A DNA stretch of 64,000 nucleotides from Flaccisagitta enflata (lineage: Eukaryota), in assembly GCA_965153355.1 (NCBI GenBank), contig OZ231126.1, positions 46,500,001-46,564,000 on the forward strand, in the 5' to 3' direction. Positions 1 through 64,000 of this stretch are shown in pieces (the stretch's first letter is position 1; each line of letters opens with the position of its first letter). Both the position numbers and the translations under genes were made by a program. Under the pieces are notes generated by a model, which searched no databases, had not been told where the DNA came from, and worked only from the letters and a program-made list of their open reading frames with translations.

Positions 1-10
1 CAGTCATTAA

Positions 11-1325
11 GTGTGAAAGCCACCCTCAAAATAAGGCTTTTCCCTACTTCTCAGTTCTTATTGATCTTTTTCCTATATTCGTTGCCCTCAACATTTTAGA
101 TCATGTTGAAACGGCTGAGGTACTCCCTCTCAAGGTTTAAAAACAAATGACCCCGCTCCAAAACAGATTTGGACATGGACTAGAGCATCATTTCTGAGAC
201 GTCGGTAGTATGAAAAAACATTGATTTTTATCGATTTTAAGATATAAAATGAGATTGCTCTACTTTAGCCGCGTGGAATTCCTCTAAATTCATGGAATTG
301 CTGTCTGTGCTCATTCTGTTGGTAGTGTAAACAAAATTTGGGGCCTGCAAATGTTGTGAGGCAAGATTTTGGCCTCGGTCTGAGGTTTGTCAGTTAGTAT
401 ATGTGAACTTTCTAGGTCTAAATGGAGGGGTCAATGGCAAGATTTGAGAAATTTGACTAGGTTCAGTGAAAGAACAGTGTTTGAGCAGTCAGCAGCTTGA
501 ATTTTGACGTCTCAATGGATATCCTAGTAGGGCTACAGTGGTATCCTTTTAAAGTGGGAAAAATGGGATTTCTACTGGTTTGCACTCATATAAGGGGCAA
601 GGTGACATGAAATTTTTTTTAGAAGAGCTGTCTAAAGGTATTTTTTTATATTTAAAGCTTGGTTATGATAGAAAATGAAATAATATTATGAAAAATGACA
701 TTTTTTTTCATTTTTTTACAAAAAGTTTACTACACATAACTGTTTAAAGTGTGAAAGCCACCCTCAAAATAAGGCTTTTCCCTACTTCTCAGTTCTTATT
801 GATCTTTTTCCTATATTCGTTGCCCTCAACATTTTAGATCATGTTGAAACGGCTGAGGTACTCCCTCTCGAGGTTTAAAAACAAATGACCCCGCTCCAAA
901 ACAGATTTGGACATGGACTAGAGCATCATTTCTGAGACGTCGGTAGTATGAAAAAACATTGATTTTTATCGATTTTAAGATATAAAATGAGATTGCTCTA
1001 CTTTAGCCGCGTGGAATTCCTCTAAATTCATGGAATTGCTGTCTGTGCTCATTCTGTTGGTAGTGTAAACAAAATTTGGGGCCTGCAAATGTTGTGAGGC
1101 AAGATTTTGGCCTCGGTCTGAGGTTTGTCAGTTAGTATATGTGAACTTTCTAGGTCTAAATGGAGGGGTCAATGGCAAGATTTGAGAAATTTGACTAGGT
1201 TCAGTGAAAGAACAGTGTTTGAGCAGTCAGCAGCTTGAATTTTGACGTCTCAATGGATATCCTAGTAGGGCTACAGTGGTATCCTTTTAAAGTGGGAAAA
1301 ATGGGATTTCTACTGGTTTGCACTC
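11..1325. mobile_element. Non-autonomous element made of two near-identical 577-bp direct repeats (11-587, 749-1325) separated by a 161-bp AT-rich spacer, flanked by TTAA
   Basis: Period 738 bp. TTAA at 7-10 and 1326-1329. Unit ends are imperfectly inverted (GTGTGAAAGCC / GGTTTGCACTC). No ORF. Left end is only 10 bp from the window edge. Confidence 0.65.
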
Positions 1326-1339
1326 TTAAGGCACAAGCG

Positions 1340-1560
1340 AATCGGTCTCGTCAGCGATCTCAATCTGTGTCTTTTGTTTTGAAGTGTTTTTAAGCGGGTA
1401 ATGTTTTAGGGTTAGGGGTGGGGTTGGGGTTGGGCTGGGTTTTAGGGTTAAGGATAGGGTTGGGGTTAGTGATAGGAGTTAGGGTTAGGTGTGGCATTGT
1501 TTCTACAATATATTTCAGCTCGAGTGTGCTTGAATTAAAGATTTCCCCTAGCGGGAAAAA
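1340..1560 (+). repeat. Dispersed repeat with degenerate (TTAGGG)n tract
   Basis: TTAGGG variants at 1406-1490 between TGTCTTTTGTTTT and CTTGAATTAAAG motifs. A related copy with the same flanking motifs lies at ~24985-25200. Confidence 0.6.
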
Positions 1561-2124
1561 CAAACGAACAGGATGGTTTACGCTAACTTTACCGGGAATC
1601 TGTCCGTCCATCTGGATCCACTTGGATCAGGAACTTGAAAAACAGGATCTGGGTCTCTAAGGTCATGATTTGTGTCATATGGACCATGATTTGGGTCATA
1701 GCGACGCGACAAGAAGATCTTGGTCTCAAAGGTCAGTATCTAGGTCTCTGAGGCCAGTATCTTAGTCTCAGGGGTTGGGATTTAAACCTCCGAAGCTAGG
1801 CTTTAGATCTTTATAGAACTCAGCCCAGAATTCAATATTAATAGCCAAATTTGGGCCATTTTGATTGGATTTGGGCCATTTTGCACAGATTTAAGCCACT
1901 TAGCTTGCATTTAAGCGGTTTTGCTTAGGTTTGGGCTGTTAGGCAGAATTTAGGTCAGAATGGACCCCGAAAGAAACTAAGCCCTGAAAAGGGGGGGACA
2001 GATGTAGGGAGACGTACGTACAGATCCCCCGTTTTCTAAAAAGACTTCATCCCCTTCGGGGCCGCTGCCCAAAAATGCAAAGGGTCAAGTTTGTAATAAT
2101 ATTATTTCCTTTCTACCCAACCAG

Positions 2125-5100
2125 GCATAGCGTTGAATATCTGGATAGTGGACGCGTCGTTACGTTATCAACGGATGTCACAGTCAACGCGAAACACAGA
2201 CATAGCGTCACTTACACAGATACCTCAGAGGCGTGGAAGCTGCTACGGTTCGTTTATTTATCGCCAATAGCTTAGGAATTAGTTATGTAAATCTGAGTAA
2301 GGTTATCATGTGAAATCTTCTTTAGAGATGGGTGCACGGACGTTTCCATCATCGACGTTACGACTCGCAATACCCTAGTCATGGGCAGCCTCAGTTCAAG
2401 GAATAGCTCCAGAAAACCGTCAACTGCCTCAACCATAAGTCTGCCTAGTCTACCAAGGCCCCCCATAGAGATCAAGCTGAATAACGGGTAATTTCAAACT
2501 ACGTATTGCATTTATCTGGCAAAAAAGCAACAAGACATTTTGAAACTGAAGAAAATGAAGATCCAAGGGTTTTTATTCTAGGGAAGGCGAAGTTCCTTTC
2601 TCGATTCCTTACATCGTTGATAAGAAACCAAAACCGGAAGAATTATGTTGTGTCTGCGAATATCCAATCTTTTGCTACCCTACATACCCTTGCAGGTAAC
2701 CCATTTGCTTTTTACGATTTGACGTTGACAGGCTTGTTTAAGATGTTAAAGAGTAAATTGTACCAAGATTGGTCTTGCCGAAATCTCAGATAGCCCTTAA
2801 CCAGGTCCACCACAATTAAACCCACCACATTTGAACCCTCCACATTTGAACCCACCATACAGAGTATGCCTACGTTGTTACCACGAAAATTGCCTGGGCC
2901 AAACTGGCTCCGTGGTCTCCAAAGACGTAGATATCAAAGATGCATTGACAATCAAAGGTAGCTTGCTCAGGTCGGGGATAGCATTGGCCTAACCGCTGTT
3001 TGCACTCAAATCAACGCTCAACATTCAATCGATCTCTACAGGATGGAGTTGTCCACAATGTGAAAACATCTCTAGTCTCCTCAAAGAGGAGGAAATGTTG
3101 GAGCTAGTCGAAGCTTTTGATAAACTCGACGAAAATCTCGACACAAAAGTGACGATGGACGAGTTCCTGAGATATCAGGTAATTGAAAAACATCTACACC
3201 GACACCGCGTTAATATTTCAGACAAGTTAACAAAAATCTTTAATGAAGTCAAGGCACTTTTCCTGAAATGGTATCTACAAATTTAAGAACTAGTCATTTC
3301 TGGTCCAATTTCATTTGCTAAATCAATTCTACTTTTCGATCAGGAAAGTCTCCACTTCCTCCACTGGGGAGCTCCCATGTCGCAAGAAGACTTGGAAATG
3401 GAAAAGACAAAATTCAGTTTAATGGACAAGGACCAAACTGACAGTATTGATTGGTAAGCTTGGTGAGCTCTGGGAATCATGTGCAAATTCCTTATGAGTT
3501 TCCACTTATCAAGCGTGAAACACCTGCTTTCTTTCTTAGGTGGGAATTTTTGAATTACGAAACACTAAGAAAGTTGCGGAAAAGGAACAAGTCAGCGCTT
3601 GTATCCGTTCTCACAGAAAATGAAATACAACAGGTAACTACCCTGCAATCTGACTAAATCATCACTGCAAACAATAAGAATAGAATAGGCATGATGGGCA
3701 ATGGCCTTAAACTTATTTTAATTTCAAATAATTTCCCTAGGCAAGAGAATCGTTTCAAGCGATGGATAAAGACAGGAACGGAATAATCAACGAAGAAGAA
3801 GCTCAAGATGCTTTTAGTTTGTGGTAAAAAGGAAATGAGGTTTATGAGTCGCTTGTGTCCGTCTGACGAAAGGGAGATTGGTAACGCGAAATCTTGAATG
3901 ACGCGCAATCAGCTGAAAAAAGAGTTTTCTGGGCATCACTGCGCCTACAGAACCACATAACAGCAACGCCTCTTCCCAGCCATATAACCACCCCTACCTA
4001 CTCCCAAGCTTCTTATTGGCCCTGTATCCGGCCATAGTATACGAGAATAACATCTGAGCAAGAGAACGTACACAGGGACGCAAAATAAGTGATGAGGCGC
4101 CAAAACGCGAAAAAAAGCACCCCCCACCCACTCAAATTTCCCATTGAAAATCATTTTAAGTAATTCATAGGATAATAAATGGTGTCATCAGAGTGATTTA
4201 TGAAATTGTAATTAAAACCCTGAATTTTATCAATTTTACTCTGAAAATATGCACTTTAAAAAAATCCCTCAACTATGATAAAGCCATTTATATTCACTCA
4301 AAACCGCTTACAAAATTTTTTTTATGCAGCTATGTTGGCTGTAGGGGGGGGGTGCTAAAACTTTTGGCGCCTCATCACATTCTATTTGGCGTCCGTGTGT
4401 AGTTAATGAGTTATGGTAATCATTGATCAAGCCGACTAACTTTGATACCATCACAGGTACAACGAATGTGTTACCAAGAGGCTAGACAAAGAATTGCGCA
4501 GGAGCAAGCCGGATTCAGCACTGAAAAGGTGCGTGCAAAGGTCAGGAGCTTTTCGTGACATGAGTGCGATCATATTTTGGAGGTCTAGTTGTGACCTAAG
4601 AATTTTTTATCTTTACAGCGAGCTCCATCTGGGGTCAACGACCAAAGCCGACTTCAAACAAAAGTTGTCGCAGAAAGTTGGCCAAGAAGTCGGGTAAGCT
4701 GAGCAAAAAAAACTTAAACAGAACAAGTCATCCAAGGATCGCACATGGTAAGCGGTACCCGATGCCCAGTTTGGAGCGATCAGCTTAAGAAGTAAAGTGA
4801 GGCCTCAATTTTTTCTCAATATTCCATGTTATTCGATAGAAATTTCATATGTATGTCATCTTGTTATTCAATATAAAATTTACATTTTTAACTTTTTTTG
4901 ATAAATTTTTCAAAGTTATTCAATAAAAAGTTAACATTTTATCAACTCTCCATATGATTCAATAGGAATTTGAGGCTTGAAAAGCTTAAGAGGGATAGAT
5001 GTACAGAAGAAAAGACAAATATATGGAAATTCATCCATGTCCTACAGGACATCGGCCATCTGGGGCCGCGGCCCAAATAGAACTAGATCTAATCCTAAAC

Positions 5101-5622
5101 TACGTTCGTACCGAAAGTTCCATAAGAAAAAGTGCCTTTCATAATTCTTTCATCGATAGATTTCACGTGGAACACCGGGTTCGGCATCTTCTAGAATGCG
5201 ATCGTGACAGAGATGGAGAAGTTAGTTGGGAAGAGTATTTAAAAGGTTTGTCATAACGATACGTTTTCGTCGTATGAGCGGGTTGTTACTTTTTTAGTTG
5301 CGGACACGCAACTCTATAAAATACTTTGTCTGTCCATCCGTCCGTCCGTAGTCGAGTTGAAAAGTGGGAAAAAAAGCGTTTTAAATACTTTTTGTGTATG
5401 TTTGTGTGTGTGGGATATAGGTTGGAATGGGAGCGTGAATGGAGGTTGGATGCCCCTGCTCACCCGTCCGCAACTGTATTGTGACTATTGTGACCCCGCG
5501 TCACTTGTTTTTCTTAAACAGGACCCACTTGTTTTTCTTGAACAGGACATGCCTTGAGTCTCATCTCCGCCCGGCTCAACGTCAAGTCCAACGTTTTTCT
5601 CGAGTCCCCAAATTTCTTGTGA
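2125..5622 (+). CDS. PHF24: PHF24 (GINIP/KIAA1045)-like protein: PHD-type zinc finger plus four EF-hand motifs; 5'-partial, 12 exons seen
   Basis: Phase-consistent GT-AG exons: 2125-2247, 2326-2487, 2582-2695, 2863-2957, 3042-3178, 3344-3453, 3540-3633, 3741-3823, 4457-4528, 4619-4693, 5160-5245, 5546-5622 (TGA). Spliced peptide contains EAWKLLRDG, CCVC..YPCRVCLRCYHENC..GWSCPQCENISSLLKEEEM, IDWWEFLNYE, VLTENEIQQAR..F and VSWEEY..LISARLN, in the motif order I recall for PHF24. Confidence 0.88.
4071..4399. mobile_element. MITE (Tc1/mariner-like) in PHF24 intron
   Basis: Imperfect TIRs CACAGGGACGCAAAATAAGTGATGAGGCGCCAAAA / TTTTGGCGCCTCATCACATTCTATTTGGCGTCCGTGTG, with TA on both sides (4069-70, 4400-01). 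Confidence 0.75.
5290..5510 (+). mobile_element. ~210-bp non-autonomous Helentron/DINE-1-like repeat (family B)
   Basis: 5' TTTTAG + hairpin TTGCGGACACGCAA, (GTCC)n tract, 3' GACCCCGCGTCACTTGTT. Other copies at ~7300-7535 (-) and ~53913-54120 (+). Relatives starting TTTTAGTCGCG at ~10057-10275 (-), ~12440-12655, ~43697-43926, ~53028-53190. Confidence 0.65.
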
Positions 5623-6283
5623 CTAGCTAGTCATCAGTGCGTGTTGAATGAAGAATGTCGCGCATTTCAAGCCAATAGGACAGTAACTGAACTGTTGCAT
5701 GGAATTTGTTTTCTTACACGTTTATTGTTAAAACACATCGACTTACCATTCACCTGCCACTAGAATTTACAGCATTCCAAATGTAAAATGTTTAACGACT
5801 GAGTTTTTCGCGAAATAAATTGTTTAGCTTTTTAATGGGCGGTTTTGTGCTTAAAGAAGGTCGGGTAACTAAGAAAGGAGCAAGCTAGAATAGTTGCATG
5901 ACAGTTAATGAATAGGTAGCTATCAATCTCTTTGTAAATGGGATTAACTTCCTGTTATGACGCTTATTAAGCGAGGCAAGGAAACTACACCAGGAATCGC
6001 CAGGGCCGAGGAATAAAAAAAATGGAAAAATCAAAATAATATAATATCACTCGTGTCGAATTAAGCGTCGCAAGCATCGAATTCCATGTACAATCAACCA
6101 AACCAAGAAAAGCTGGAACTTAGTCTTAGAAGTCGGACCAAAACTAGACATAAGAAGAATATATCTATTATCTAATCGTCGCAGGAAAAAAGGAGGACGC
6201 TGTTGTAAGCTAAGCACACAAACATCGGAAATAAATCGCAATCATACTTCAGTAGTTAATCTAAAAGTGGTAACATGTAATCA

Positions 6284-6386
6284 GGGGGACGTTCACATGG
6301 GCGTCTCAAGTACCTTCTCAAGCACTATTTTCTATATGAAGAAGGTGCTTGAGAAGGTACTTGAGACATCCATGTGAACGTCCCCC
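6284..6386. mobile_element. 103-bp palindromic MITE between the convergent gene ends
   Basis: ~42-bp arms GGGGGACGTTCACATGG..TCTCAAGTACCTTCTCAAGCAC matching the reverse complement at 6345-6386. No clear TSD. Confidence 0.7.
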
Positions 6387-6587
6387 AACAAGATTAAAGA
6401 GACGAAGGCGACACGAACGACGGACCATTAACGAATGCTTAGCATAGGCGAACGAGCTCGCCAGACAAAAGCCTTATGTTGCTAGTCATCAAAATAAAGT
6501 ACAGGGTCAGAAAATTTTGACTACGACGCGATATTCATCCCCAGGCTGGCATCAATTTCATTTATGGCTCAAGACCCGAAGAGTTGG

Positions 6588-31773
<25,186 letters not shown>

Positions 31774-32249
31774 GATTAAGGGAAATAAGTTACACACCAA
31801 CACTTAACCTTGAAAACAAACAAAAACCGATAAACAAAAAGAGGATGCTTAAAAATAACTGGAGGCATTACTCTAATGTAAGAGAGGTGGGGGGGGTGTA
31901 ACAACGGGAGGCACGCGACGAATCAGTTACAAAAGAAAGTTAGGCTGACGCATGGCACATGATATGAGACCAAAAACAAAACAAAACTAAAACTAACATG
32001 TAAAACGAGCAAGGTATGAAAAGCAGCAACGGCGCGGTTGGTCGAATAAAACGGAAAATTTGATTCAACAAAAAAGTTCAATCCAGCTTGGAGCAGAAAG
32101 ATCGGATATAACAAGCGACCAACGCGCCTGTAATTGTCCTACGAAGTGCACGTAGAAAAGTAGCAACAATGCTCGACAGCTTGAAAGCCCCATGGCTACA
32201 AGCAAAACGAAAAACTGATAATGATGCAAAAACAAAGCTTCTGATCTTT

Positions 32250-63881
<31,632 letters not shown>

Positions 63882-64000
63882 CTGAAAGTGACGAATATTA
63901 AAGAAAAAGTGGGAATACATGAAGCTGAATTAGGAACTATGTTCTTGACGTGAAACCACTTGATATCTGATCAACTCATTTCCTCGTTATTATTTAACAA

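Noticed and set aside
1390-1660. Chromosome telomere or PNPN-repeat protein
   Set aside because: Short, degenerate, interstitial and part of a dispersed repeat.

Overview
Repeat-rich genomic DNA from an invertebrate animal (spliceosomal GT-AG introns, many microsatellites, nested DNA transposons). I assembled three multi-exon genes by hand. (1) A PHF24/GINIP-like PHD + four-EF-hand gene on + (2125-5622, 5' end outside the window). (2) An uncharacterised ~21-exon gene on - (31773 to 6588) combining an N-terminal GRGRG motif, a partial MIF4G-like helical domain, a PABP-type RRM split by a 12-kb intron, and low-complexity tails. (3) A multi-Tudor gene on - (enters from beyond 64000, stop at 32250) with seven visible extended Tudor domains, ending only ~480 bp upstream of gene 2. 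The large introns are stacks of mobile DNA: a 13-kb AcademX derivative (TSD TAA, ~1.5-kb TIRs, frameshifted XPG/Cys-rich ORF), a 5.5-kb foldback with 9-bp TSD, an 11.5-kb CACTA-like container, hAT-like elements, TA-flanked MITEs, many DINE-1/Helentron-type elements, and two unrelated elements built as tandem TIR-bounded units with a fixed spacer. Most ORFs in the supplied track are microsatellite or repeat artefacts. All gene models and family calls come from reading motifs and splice phases; no database search was run.
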